Part shown: positions 25,144 to 36,230 of the stretch, in pieces
Position numbering within the stretch: position 1 is the stretch's first letter
How the letters are laid out: the number at the start of each line of letters is the position of its first letter
Source: Octopus sinensis
Lineage: Eukaryota
Direction: 5' to 3'
Length of the DNA: 64,000 bases
Assembly (NCBI RefSeq): GCF_006345805.1
Contig: NC_042999.1
Location: forward strand, 44,392,001 to 44,456,000
Notes under the pieces: model-generated
What the model was told of the DNA's origin: nothing
What the model saw: only the letters and a program-made list of their open reading frames with translations
Database searches by the model: none
Program-made: the position numbers and the translations under genes

Positions 25144-28100
25144 CGTATATAGATATTCATTCATCATATATATATGTATATACATATATTTAATTATGTA
25201 TATGTGTGTGCGTGTATATATATATCTCATCATCATCAACGTTTAACGTCCATTTTCCATGCTAGCATGGGTTGGACGGTTCGACCAAGGTCTGGGAAGC
25301 CAGGAAGCTGCACCAGGCACCAGTCTAATCCGGCAGTGTTTCTACAGCTGGATGCTCTTCTTAACGCCAACCACTCCATGAGTGTAGTGGGTGCTTTTCT
25401 CGTGCCACCGACACAGGGGCCAGAGGAAGCTGGCAACATCCACGACTGGTTGGTGCTTTTTAAGTGCCACCGGCACGGACGCCAGTCAAGGCGGCGCTGG
25501 CATCGGTCACGTTCAGATGGTGCTTTTTACGTGTCACCAGCACAGGTATCACAACTATAATTTCCATTTGGTTTTTACTTTGATGTTGATGTACTTGACT
25601 CAATAGATCTCCTCAAGCATAGCAGGTCGCCCTACAATCCATGGTAAGCACAGCAGGCCATGAAATCACTCCATTTGTTGGGTCTTCACAGTCACAGCAT
25701 ATCTCCAGAGGTCTTGGTCTTTCGTCATTGCCTCTGTGAGGCCCAACGTTCGAAGGTCATGCTTGACCACCTCATCCTATGTCTTCCTGGGTCTACCGCT
25801 GCCCCGGATTCCTTCAACTGTTTGGGAGTGGCACTTCTTCACACATCTCTCCTCATCCATCCGTAGTACATGACCATACCAATGCAAATGTCTCTCCTGC
25901 ATGCCACATCCATCCCCACTACTGACTTGGTTATCTAAGTAGTGGAAGATGTCAACTACATCTAGTTTCTCCCCTTGGAGTGTGATGGAATCTGTTTTCT
26001 GAGTATCTGTGGTGTCTATTGCCACTGTGCATCTGCTGCACCCCTGATGGGGTGTGTGATGTGTTTTCCTTCCTACTTACTAGAACTTTGGTCTTTGCAA
26101 AATTGATTCTAAGGCCCTTCGATTTTAAACCTTGCTTCCACACTTGAAATTTCTTCTCTAGTTCTGGTAGTGATTCTGCTATGAGGGCCAAGTCATTAGC
26201 ATAGAGGAGCTCCCAGGGGCAACCGGTCTTGAACTCCTATGTTATTGCCGGGAGGACTATGATGAATAAGAAGGAGCTGAAGGCTGATCCTTGGTGGACC
26301 CCTACTTCTACCTGGAATTCTTCACTATAATTATTGCCAACCCAAACTTTACTAATGGCATCTCTGTATAGGGCCTGTACAGCCCTTATGAACCATTTGT
26401 CAATCCCCAGTTTCCACATCACCCACCAGATGAGGGATCAGGGGAGCCAGTCAAAGGCTTTCTCTAAATCCACAAAAGCCAAATATAAGCGTTTATCTTT
26501 AACTAGGTATTTCTCTTGCAGTTGCCATACCAGGAATATAGCATCAGAGGTGCTTCTACCTGGCACAAAACTCGACTGCATCTCATCTAAGCAGACTCTC
26601 TCCCTAATTAGTTGGGCTATGACCCTCTCCATGACCTTCATCCCCTGATCCAGCAGTTTGTTACCCCTGTAGTTATTTCTATCTAAACCTTTGTAGCAGT
26701 TGACTATGGGGATGCTACACCAGTCATTGGGTATGACTCCACCATGAACTAACTGGTTTACAATACAAGTGGCTAGGCCATAGCCCACACCACCAGATGT
26801 TTTAAGCATCTCAGAAGTGATTCCAGATGAGCCAGAGGCTTTTTCTGGCTTCATACCCTTAATTGCTTTATCTACCAGGCTGCTGTCTATTCGGATAGCT
26901 GGTCCCTCCACTGGATCAACATTTGGCAGGCTCTCCTGCTCCCATTCATACTCCATGTTCAGCAGTCTTTCATAATAGCTTCTCCAAGCCTCTTTCTTTT
27001 CCAAATCATTAAAAGCAAGTGCATCATCATCATGCGCACACATTTCTTTCCTGTGACATCACAATTTTCTCTCACACACTGTCTTGCAATCCGAAATACT
27101 TCAGTTCTTTGGTCCTCACGTCACTGAACATTGGCAAACTTCTTTTCTGCTTCGCCCTTGGCTATGTATACCTGTCGCCCAGCCTCTCTTTTGGCTATCT
27201 GGTATGGTTCCCTGCTACCCCCACCCTTCCAGGCCTGTTTCTTTGCCCTGATGGCTTTGTCTACCATATTATTCCACCACCATGTTACTCTAGGACTGGA
27301 AGGGACTTTGCACCATCCGTAGACTTGGTCTGTAGCATTCAGTAAGCTATCCCTTAGGAATTCCCAGCTACCTTCTATGTCCAAGGACTGTAGCTCCTCC
27401 TCTCCCTCATCAAATTTCTTGATGAGGATGTCCCTAAATCTCTGACCATGTGAAGGGTTCTTTAGCTTCTAAATCCTTCTCTTCTGGGTTGGTCTGCTTC
27501 TTGGCATCCTTCTGGTTTCAAGTCAAAAGTCACTAATGACTAGTTTATGCTGGAGGGTGCATTCCTTGCCTGAGAGGGTCTTTGTATTTATATATGTATA
27601 TTATATATGTGTGTGTGTGTATGTACACATATACCGTAAATCCTCGAGTATAGTCCACCCTTGAGTATAATACGCAGGGGATTTTTAGGGGGCTGTACTT
27701 CTGAAAAACCTAAACCTTGTGTATAATACACATCCCTTCTCTAACTTGAGTTGTGTGTAATCAAGCCAGCAGCACCTAGTCGAACAAACACTTCCGCACA
27801 TGCGTATGGGAATGTAAGTATGTTTGCAAATTGTTTTTGTTACATGTTATTCTGTGTTCTGAATACTTTTCTTGTAATAAATGTTGCTTACTGCAAGTTA
27901 TGGATGATCCTTTTATGACTTCATTGCTTTCAGGCTTAGCTTAAGGTATTTTCGCGCCTGACATCACAAATGCATCTGAATAAACATTGCTGGACAGCAA
28001 ATAGAGACTCGGACACTGCTTAGGAAATATTTTTCATTTTTAATCTCGTATATAGTACGCACTAGGGATTTTGATCTTTAAATTTTGGGGAAAAAATGCG

Positions 28101-28471
28101 GATTATACTCTAGGATTTACGGTATATATGTATGTATATATATATATGTATGTATATATATATTAGTATCTATGTATGTATTTAAGTATGTATATATGTG
28201 AGGGTACATGGCCTACTGGTGTTGCATTCATGATCACTAGATCATGATTTCAATTCCTATACCAGGTAGTGCATCGAGTTCTTGAGCAAAACACTTCATC
28301 CCATGTTGCTCTGCTATCTCTTTGACACAGGGTACCTGTTCAATGTTGATTTGTTGAGTGAAAGTGAGCTAATGTGTGGCATGAACATTTGATCACTATA
28401 AACGTATCATTTGTGCAGGTTGTTCAAGAAAAGTTGAATAATCATATGTCATCTTCAATGGGAGAGTCCAT

Positions 28472-28548
<77 letters not shown>

Positions 28549-31500
28549 ACCATATATATAACCACATAGATTGCAAAGCATGTTTGTCATGCAAAGTGTG
28601 AAATCAATTGTTATTGAAATACGTATTTCTTATCTATGTATTCAAAGCAAAGGTAAGCCTATTTTTGAAATGTTATTGTATTGCTTGTGTGTCTCTTTAT
28701 CGTAATTTTTATGGTGGTTTTTGGAGCAACAGCTCTGATTTTAGCAAGTGGTATTATATACCCTACCTAATCATATATATATATATAGGCGCAGGAGTGG
28801 CTGTGTGGTAAGTAGCTATAGGTGCAGGAGTGGCTGTGTGGTAAGTAGCTTGTTTACCAACCACATGGTTCCAGGTTCAGTCCCACTGTGTGGCACCTTG
28901 GGCAAGTGTCTTCTACTATAGTCTCGGGCTGACCAAAGCCTTGTGAGTGGATTTGGTAGACGGAAACTGAAAGAAGCCCGTCGTATATATGTATATATGT
29001 ATATATATATATATATGCGTGTGTGTGTTTGTGAATCTGTGTTTGTTCCCCTAGCATTGCTTGACAACTGATGCTGGTGTGTTTATGTCCCCGTAACTTA
29101 GCGGTTCGGCAAAAGAGACCGATAGAATAAGTACTGGCTTACAAAAGAATAAGTCCCGGGGTCGAGTTGCTCGATTAAAGGCGGTGCTCCAGCATGGCCG
29201 CAGTCAAATGACTGAAACAAGTAAAAGAGTATATATATATGTAAATAATTAAGAGACAAAACCTCTATTAAGTAATTTAATTAATAGCAAAAGATATCTA
29301 TAATAAATCATATAGAAAGATTTTAAATATATTATAATAAATATTATTCTAAAAATCACTAAATTAAATAAACATTAATTGATTACACGCGTTTCGTGAC
29401 TATATATTTAAATCATAGTCAATTTAATGTTTATTTAATTAAGAGATTTTTAGAATAATATTTATCATAATACATTTAAAATCTTTCTATATGATTTATT
29501 ATAGATAATATCTTTCACTATTAATTGAATCAATAGCGGTTTTGTCTCTTAATTATTTACATATATTATATATTGTGAAATTTGATTTAGTATTGCTAAA
29601 TTGAATTTTTCCATGTAAGTTTGGAATTTTATATTCCCTACTATTAATTATAATTATATATATAGGCGGTGATCCAGCATGGTCGCAGTCAAATGACTGA
29701 AACAAGTAAAAGAGTAAAAGAGAATATATATATATATATATATAATATGATGGATTCTCTTGTTGATGATGACATGTGAGCATTCAGCTTCTGCTGAATG
29801 ACCTACACAAATGATTTGTTTATAGTGATCTAATGTTTGTCCTGCACATTAGCTCACTTTTTCCATCAAATCAACACTGTCTGCACAGGTGCATGGGGTG
29901 TACCCTGTGTCGGGTGTTGAAGTGATCACAGAGCAACACAAAATGAAGTGTTTTTCTCAAGAACACAACACATCACCCAGTCTAGGAACTGAACTTATGA
30001 TCACTAGGTCGTAAGTAAAACACCCTAACCACTAAGCCATGTGCCTTCACAAACAAAAACAAAACAATCTAATATTTAAAAAAATGAGTGTTAATTATAT
30101 TAGCATAATGACTCTCCCTAGACACAACAAAACACACACACACACAAACATATTTATTCAACATATACATTATTATAATGAATAATTTGATTGTTCATAA
30201 TTTCTTGAACAAGGGTAACCAACCATCAACGAGTGATCAAACTTGTAGACTATGAGGTATAAGGAATTGTACGTTGTCATATAACATCTTTTTGCCAAGG
30301 ATATTTGCAGATTAAGTAAATACAAGCAGGTGTAAAACCTAAATTATTGGTTTAGGTTACAAGGAGGTTACCAGCAACATCTCTCTCTATATAAACGGTT
30401 TGTCTGTGTGTGTTTCTGTGTGTCTGTTTGCTTGTACCCTCACCCTGACCACGGCTTTCAACCGATTCTGATGAAACTTGACACACACATAGCCCAATGT
30501 CATAATTCAAAACTAACGCAGCGAAAATTTTGAAAAGTTCCCCCAGTTCTGAAAAAATCAATAAATTCGACATGGGGTCGAAAATCAGAAACACAAACCG
30601 CAAACTGTCTAGGGGACGCAACTCCACCTTTTTTTAACTAAAAAAAAATTTACCATCATTTTTTTCCATTTTTTTGCTATTTTTTGGCTATAACTCTCTA
30701 AAAATGCTTTATAGTTATTTCCCTTACAAACCTGAGCAACGCCGGGCGATACTGCTAGTTATGCCATAAACCATTAAAATTGAAATTTGGTTACAGGCTC
30801 AATTTTCAGGGGCTTTATCACTTGTGTTTCTGAAATTGTCACTGCTGAAGCCATACAGTATTTGTTGAGGTTTAGAACTGATTTTAAAGCTGATAGATTT
30901 GGTTTGTTGAGAGGGATTTGACGACAGCATTGGGAGAGATTTGAGGAACTAAGGAGAGGATGTGAAATGAACATACATGCTTAAATATGTACATATGTAT
31001 AAAATATATACACACACTTAAACATACATAACCGGCATTTTGTTGGTTACGATGATGAGGGTTCCGGTCAATCCACTCAATGGAACAGCCTGTTCATGAA
31101 ATTAATGTGCAAGTGGTTGAGCACTCCACAGACATGCGTACCCTTAACATAGTTCTGAGAGAGATTAGCATGACACAGAATGTGACAAGGCCGGCCTTTT
31201 GAATTACAGATACAATTCATTTTTCTCAGCTTAGTGGACTGGAGCAACATGAAATAAAGTGTCTTGCTTAAAGATACAGTGTGCCACTGGGAATCCAACA
31301 CATGACCATACAATTGTGAGCCGAATACTGTAGCCACTAAGCCATGGGGTCTCACTCTCTCGCACACACACATTTATACATACATACAACCTACATTTAT
31401 GTAGGTGCAGGAGTGGCTGTGTGGTAAGTAGCTTGCTTACCAACCACATGGTTCTGGGTTCATTTCCACTGTATGGCACCTTGGGCAAGTGTCTTCTACT

Positions 31501-32021
31501 ATAGCCCTAGACTGACCAAAGCCTTGTAAGTGGATTTGGTAGATGGAAACTGAAAGAAGCCCATCGTATATATGTATATATATATATGTGCATGTAAATG
31601 TTTGTGTGTCTGTGTTTGTCCCCCCAACATCGCTTAACAACTGATGCTGGTGTGTTTACGTCCCCCGTAACTTAGTGGCAATAAAACCAATAGAATAAGT
31701 ACTTGGCTTACAAAGAATAAGTCCTGGGGTCGATTTGCTTGACTAAAGGCGGTGCTCCAGCATGGCCCACAGTCAAATGACTGAAACAAGTAAAAGAGTA
31801 AAGTGTATGTATATTCAGTTATAGTCAAACATAAAATTAGCCAAACTTACCAAAAGAGCCTTAGTCATATTATCAACCTGGCAATCAAACTGCTGATCAC
31901 TTTCCAGCACCTGGTTTTGCTGTTTGACATCTAAACCAGTATATTGTTCATTGTATTTCATAGCATTGAAAGTTAGAGTTTTCACAGAAGGTACAATTTG
32001 AGGTAGATTATTTAGATCCAT
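3520..32021 (-). CDS. TRPA1: TRPA1-like ankyrin-repeat TRP channel gene, N-terminal part (join of exons 32021-31851, 23182-23026, 20186-20011, 16334-16230, 13054-12946, 7840-7743, 3567-3520); continues beyond window start
   Basis: Seven GT-AG exons with matching phases (0,1,0,0,1,0,0) splice into one open frame: MDLNN...TKALL|AAQNGNSQEFDRLYLCQPNILDAHDSVGQTTLHLAAAHSHISIMAYILGLGG|DINKQENNGDTALHIAVKMRQNLSVDFLLCHSADTTILNNCHMAPLHIAADMKAINILQ|TLLEYDVDPNLKGHRSWTPLHYSVNKDHLAAVICL|FQSGGDFSIANDNDVTPMQLAAQQSANNTLEYLKKN|APIGLYTACDIKNIVDSETNVNLRVAICNSDRK|RVLKFLQAGCPIDDLE. The repeat order is colinear with TRPA1 N-terminal ankyrin repeats as I recall them (AAxxGNxxxFxRL; MAPLHIA; DSExNVxL). The channel domain is not in the window, so the TRPA1 label is homology inference. 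Confidence 0.75.
4198..4203 (-). CDS. Candidate 6-nt microexon (ATAAAG, Ile-Lys) of the TRPA1-like gene
   Basis: Minus strand reads ttttctttcattttctctctcag|ATAAAG|gtaagg. It is frame-preserving and lies between phase-0 exons 6 and 7. Confidence 0.4.
5133..5353. mobile_element. pogo/Tigger-like MITE
   Basis: Ends caataatccct... and ...agggattactg|TA are imperfect TIRs. Confidence 0.55.
5473..7134 (+). mobile_element. Tc1-like DNA transposon with degraded transposase (5623-6642), interrupted by a SINE
   Basis: About 41-bp TIRs cacagacgtgaaggaagtaaatagacaactttaattttcaa (5473-5513; inverted at 7094-7134) with TA on both sides. HTH start MPYTKNSAELSDFQRDHIVG, KHGGISVMVWGAV, FMEDGAPCH, SPDMNPNENLW; several stops and frameshifts. 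Confidence 0.93.
6683..7064 (-). mobile_element. tRNA-derived SINE family A nested in the Tc1 element
   Basis: Head ggcgcaggagtggctgtgtggtaag...gggttcagtccc, internal (TA)/(TG) tract, tail ...gactgaaacaagtaaaagag. Confidence 0.9.
7743..7840 (-). CDS. TRPA1: TRPA1-like exon 6 (98 bp; degenerate ankyrin repeat)
   Basis: Acceptor ttttatcttttttgcag, donor GTAAGT; APIGLYTACDIKNIVDSETNVNLRVAICNSDRK; phase 1 to 0. Confidence 0.82.
9352..11741 (-). mobile_element. 5'-truncated R4/Dong-clade non-LTR retrotransposon (RT + CCHC + restriction-like endonuclease), frameshifted
   Basis: RT motifs (NYRPITCL, DYKKAFDS, GIFQGDTLSP, LLYMDDLKLY), CRIC...HIISSC knuckle, RHD, NRPDIVV...IDVSIP...EKLSKY RLE motif, LGTAHILRR end. 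(ATT)n flanks both ends (9310-9351 and from 11742). Confidence 0.93.
12946..13054 (-). CDS. TRPA1: TRPA1-like exon 5 (109 bp; ankyrin repeat)
   Basis: Acceptor tattttctttctcag, donor GTAAAA; FQSGGDFSIANDNDVTPMQLAAQQSANNTLEYLKKN; phase 0 to 1. Confidence 0.85.
14173..14387. mobile_element. TTAA-flanked MITE, third family
   Basis: TTAA|cctttttgttgcc...ggtaccaaaacgg|TTAA. Confidence 0.65.
15765..15821 (+). repeat. 19-bp tandem repeat x3 (aaggactggataataaaca)
   Basis: Units start at 15765, 15784 and 15803. Confidence 0.85.
15878..16200. repeat. Compound trinucleotide microsatellite (GAA/GTT/GAT/GAG/AAC)
   Basis: Directly visible; explains low-complexity ORFs 15843-16250 and 15860-16222. Confidence 0.9.
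16230..16334 (-). CDS. TRPA1: TRPA1-like exon 4 (105 bp; ankyrin repeat)
   Basis: Acceptor ttttctctttcttcag, donor GTAAGA; TLLEYDVDPNLKGHRSWTPLHYSVNKDHLAAVICL; phase 0 to 0. Confidence 0.92.
16416..16822 (+). mobile_element. SINE family A (other copies: 1-48 -, 8768-9135 -, 20575-21345 +, 22521-22931 +, 28788-29230 +, 31404-31802 +, 34292-34694 +, 49405-49555 +, 54220-54582 -, about 59965-60330 -)
   Basis: Near-identical head, body and (AAAAGAGT)n tail recur more than 10 times in the window. Confidence 0.9.
17080..17450. repeat. Degenerate (CA)/(TA) dinucleotide tract
   Basis: Directly visible; explains the overlapping ORFs 17090-17618. Confidence 0.9.
17626..17797. repeat. Foldback: 74-bp inverted arms (2 mismatches), 24-nt loop; probable MITE
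   Basis: 17626-17699 versus reverse complement of 17724-17797. Confidence 0.9.
20011..20186 (-). CDS. TRPA1: TRPA1-like exon 3 (176 bp; ankyrin repeats)
   Basis: Acceptor ttctctttatacag, donor GTAAGC; DINKQENNGDTALHIAV...MAPLHIAAD; phase 1 to 0; lies inside ORF 19978-20217. Confidence 0.92.
23026..23182 (-). CDS. TRPA1: TRPA1-like exon 2 (157 bp; ankyrin repeats)
   Basis: Acceptor tttctgtttaatacag, donor GTAAGT; encodes AAQNGNSQEFDRLY...GQTTLHLAAAHSH...GLGG; phase 0 to 1. Confidence 0.9.
25227..27580 (-). mobile_element. 5'-truncated, degraded RTE-clade LINE including its 3' UTR and (GAT)n tail
   Basis: ORF2 pieces NYRGNKLL, FVPGRSTSDAIF, AFVDLEKAFD, GVHQGSAFS, WYGHVLRMDE...GRPRKT, running directly into the 3' UTR ending ggacgttaaacgttgatgatg. 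Confidence 0.93.
27634..28122. mobile_element. TA-flanked pogo/Tc-type MITE (489 bp)
   Basis: TIRs ccgtaaatcctcgagtatagtcc / ggattatactctaggatttacgg with TA on both sides. Confidence 0.85.
29234..29565. repeat. AT-rich foldback, about 145-bp imperfect arms, about 45-nt spacer
   Basis: tatatgtaaataattaagagacaaaacc... versus ...ggttttgtctcttaattatttacatata. Confidence 0.85.
30380..30758 (+). mobile_element. Non-autonomous Helitron
   Basis: A|TC start, 3' end gagcaacgccgggcgatactgCTAG|T, inserted between A and T with no TSD. Confidence 0.75.
31034..31352 (-). mobile_element. tRNA-derived SINE family D (other copies about 28201-28475 +, 29760-30047 -, 46600-46833 -, 60920-61130 -)
   Basis: Head ggcttagtgg..., body aagacactttatttcatgttgctccagtccac, tail ...cgtaacc. 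Confidence 0.75.
31851..32021 (-). CDS. TRPA1: TRPA1-like gene, probable first coding exon (57 codons, MDLNNLPQ...NMTKALL)
   Basis: ATG at 32021, stop-free to a GTAAGT donor at 31850 in phase 0. Joins exon 2 to give ALL-AAQNG, completing an ankyrin motif. Confidence 0.7.
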
Positions 32022-34444
32022 TATTAAGGCATTGAATGAAAGATAGAAGAGAACAAGACAGAAACAGAAAGAGAAACTAGAAAGAGTGAGTTGTTTGAAA
32101 CCAATCCAGTGTCCAAGTGTAAATGGTCAAAGCTAACAACTGGCAAACATCTGAAGACATTTCCAGCCTAGATATAAAAGCTACTGCACCTCAGCATCAC
32201 AAAATAAACAGTGATGACACGTAGTTAAGGAAATTGTTGATTATTTGCTGAAGAGATTAATGAGGAAATTAAAGAAAAAATTAGATTAAGAATTTGTAAT
32301 GTCTGTGTGAATGTGTATGTGTGAAAGAGTACATTTCGTCACTGTCTCTGTTGCTCAACAATAAATGAATCTCTGTCATGTTAACAAACAGTTGCACATT
32401 TACTAGACTAGATAAGGAAGTTAAATACAATATTGACTAATATTTATCCATAATTGAAATGAAATAAAATAAATATTGAAAATGATGAGATAATGTGAAA
32501 TAATGATCTACAGCCATCACTTGCACTTGAGGATGAGTTGGCAGTATGTACCCTATTTTCACAGATTTAGGTACTTCTGTAGTCATGAACAGAAATAAGC
32601 ATTCTGAAGCACTTAAATCCTTGATTCTCAACTAGGAATTGAAACCTCAGCCTGAATGTTTCTGCAAGCTTCTTTCCTTTGTTCACTTGGAGGTTCATGA
32701 AAGTCAGCTGCCAACTGTCTGACTTTCTTGGGTCAAGTTCAGTTCAAGTTCAACCTAGATAATCCATGAAATATCCTTTGTTTCACTATGACTTAGCAAG
32801 AGAATGGCTATAAATACAGAACAGTAAACAGAATTCTGGCTTTCTTTTTTGGCTTGGCCCATGGCACAGATAACATGCCTGTTTTCCTTCTTCAGTGTTG
32901 TTAGATTTAAGATGTGTTTCTCTCTTTACTTGGCAGATGTCACTAAAGTAACATACCTCTCTGTAACTTTCAAAGAAGTAAATTCTCTAAACCAGCGCTT
33001 CTCAATCATTTTTTGCTTATGGAATCGTTTGATTCCTGGTATATTTCAGTAGACTCTTATAGCCATTCAACATTTTAAAAAATCCTATTTTATTTTCATA
33101 CTTAAATATAAGAAGTTATATTAAAAAATTGTTAAAATATTTTGTGTATTGTATAACCAATTTACTGCACATAAAATTTAACAAAATCTTGTATGGACCT
33201 CCAAAGATCATATGGATGTCCATTGAGAACCACTGTTTAAGATTTTCTCTCTCTCTTTTGTTTAATGAACAGAGATATATATACGAGGGACAATAGAACT
33301 AAATTCATGTATTAACATATTTGTTTTCTCATGGTAAATAAAAGTTATATTAACTATGATATTTCTTCTGTTATCTATTTCCATGGATTCCAAATTTACC
33401 AACAAGCAGCTATCCCAACTTCATCAACATATTGACCATAATATCCAGACAATATAAAACACATTTATAGCTACAATCCATCTGTTACATCCAGATGTTA
33501 CAATCATCTTAGTCCTTCTAATCTTAATCTAAAGGAATAACCAGGCTGTGATAGGTAAAGTGAGAGATGACAGGATTACTACTGTACTGGTACTTTATTT
33601 ATAGACTCCAAAACGATGAAAGGTAAGGTTGACATTGGCAGGATTTGAACTCAGGGAACCAGAACAAATACCACAACACAAGCTATCCAATGCTCTAATG
33701 ACTCAGCCAATTAGACCATCTTAAAAGAAATTAATGTAATAAAGTAATAATAATATTGAGGGTTTCTTACAAAGACACAAGGCAACATATTTTACAAAAG
33801 GTTTATGATTGATTGAAGTCAAACTCAGTATTTGATTTGAGTTTATGCTATTTATGGACTCTGAAATAAAGAAAAGCAAAGTTGATTCTGGTAGGATTTG
33901 AATTCAAAACCTAAAGGGTTATAATTTAAGTCTGCAAGCAATTAATCCATCATTTTACTGTTTCTGCTATCCTTTCCTTCGTTAACTTCCAATTTCATGC
34001 TAGCAACATGAATATTTTAATACTTTTTCCATGCTGCAGGACAGTGAGTTGGTGGAAATAATAAAGCATTTGTGTCTAACAATATTTACTTCCATCTTTT
34101 TAACACTTAATGTCCAATTCCTAGCAGGGATTATGTTGTCCCTTAGCATTTAAACCAGCCATATCAGACACAAGTATTCAACCTATTTTATGTTCAGATC
34201 TAAAATCTCACACCTAATCCTAAAATGTCATTGTAAAAATAAACAATCACATCATCAAAATCTCAAAGTTATGAAATAACGCACGATTAATTGGCTGTGT
34301 GGTAAGTAGCTTGCTAACAAACCACATGGCTCTGGGTTCAGTCCCACTGCATGGCAACTTGGGCAAGTGTCTCCTTCTATAGCCTCGGGCCGACCAAAGC
34401 CTTGTGAGTGGATTTCGTAGACAGAAACTGAAAGAAGCCCATCA

Positions 34445-34481
<37 letters not shown>

Positions 34482-35169
34482 ATATGTTTGTGTGTCTGTG
34501 TTTGTTCCCCTAACATCGCTTGACAACCGATGCTGGTGTGTTTACATCCCCGTAACTTAGCAGTTTGGCAAAAAGACACCGATAGAATAAGTACTAGGCT
34601 TACAAAGAATAAGTCCTGGGGTCGATTTGGTCAACTAAAGGTGGTGCTCCAGCATGGCCACAGTCAAATGACTGAAACAAGTAAAAGAGTAAGAGTATAT
34701 GAGTGTTATATTTGATAGAGCAATCTCAGTGCTAAAGGGATAAAAATACATAGCAATAATATGATGGAATTGATTTGATTTCTTGACTTTGTTGTATGTC
34801 TGAGGAAATTGATACAGGTGTAACACAGAATTTATGGCTTTTGATGGTCTAGTGTCTCCTTTAGTTTGGATAAAATTATGAGTAAGAATTTGAAACACAG
34901 CTACCAAACTTGTTTACTGGGCAACCTGCAGATGGTGTTGAGTGAAGCTGAGCTTTCTTTCTTGGTTCATATTGCAGCAGTAAGTGGTAATACTTCAATT
35001 TTGTGAGATTCTTAACTTATTTGGCTTAAATTTAAACCAAACTTTGACTTCTAAGAGAGTGTTACTGATAGTGTCACATGTAATCCCCAGTCCATACCGA
35101 TTCTAGGAAACATTTTAAAAAACTGGATCATGATGTTTTAGTGTGGAAGCTTGTGAAATATGTGGTATT

Positions 35170-36230
35170 GGTTTACCAAATATTAATGATATACCAAAGT
35201 AGAGAGAAAAGGTATAGAAATTTTATACAGGTAGTGATTCCAAGAACCAAATGACCATTTGGAAAAATACTGAGCATGATTGAGTGAAGATGGAATGGTT
35301 TAGACAATGAAGTGGAATTGTCAGGCAGCTTGATAATGGAGCAGGTTTGATTGTTCCATAAAGAACTTGAATTAGAAATGAATGTGATTATAGTGCAGGG
35401 AGGCTTCAAAAATTCTAGATGCATCATGGAATTTTCTTTCAAATAAAGTATGGAGTAAAGCAATCTGTGAACTATGAAGGAGGTACCAAGTATGTGGTTG
35501 AATTTTCCAGCCAGCACCGCATCGACTGGCCTCCGTGCTGGTGGCACGTAACAAACACCATCCGATCATGGCCGTTGCCAGCCTCGCCTGGCCTCCGTGC
35601 CGGTGGCACGTAAAAAGCACCATCCGAGCATGGCCGTTCACCAGCCTCGTCTGGCACCTGTGTCGGTGGCACTTAAAAAGCACCCACTACACTCACGGAG
35701 TGGTTGGCGTTAGGAAGGGCATCCAGCTGTAGAAACACTACCAGATCTGACTGGCATGGTGCAGCCTTTGGGCTTCCCAGACTCCAGTTGAACCGTCCAA
35801 CCCATGCTAGCATGGAAAGCGGACGTTAAACGATGATGATGATGATGATGATGATGTATATTATGCAGATGAATGGCATTAAACTGGTGGTGCATACCTT
35901 AAAAAGCATTAACAATAGATGAAGACGCATCCACAGGATTCAAACTACCTAAGGACAGATTTACCATCTTGGGGTGCTCAAATGCAGCAGGCAGGCACAG
36001 ATGTAAATTGTTAGTAATAGAAAAAAGTAAATGCCTCAGAGTCTTGAAAGCTGTTGAAATTTACTTCCTAACATACTGATCAGATAAAAATGGTTGGATT
36101 ACAATTGAAATTACGGCAGAATGGTTTAAAAAGAACTTTTATTAATGTCAGATGGCAGAGGGCACTGCACATCAGTATGCCTCCAACAAAGCTATAAAAT
36201 TATTCTTCTTTAGGTCAATTTTCCACTTCT
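35170..36230 (+). mobile_element. pogo/Tigger-like transposase fossil interrupted by an RTE 3' UTR copy (35505-35855)
   Basis: CENP-B-type HTH remnants (FHKELELE..CDYS.G.LQKF..HGI) before the insertion; after it, YADE, GFKLPKDRFTILGCSNAAGRHRCKLLVI, GWIT. Confidence 0.65.
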
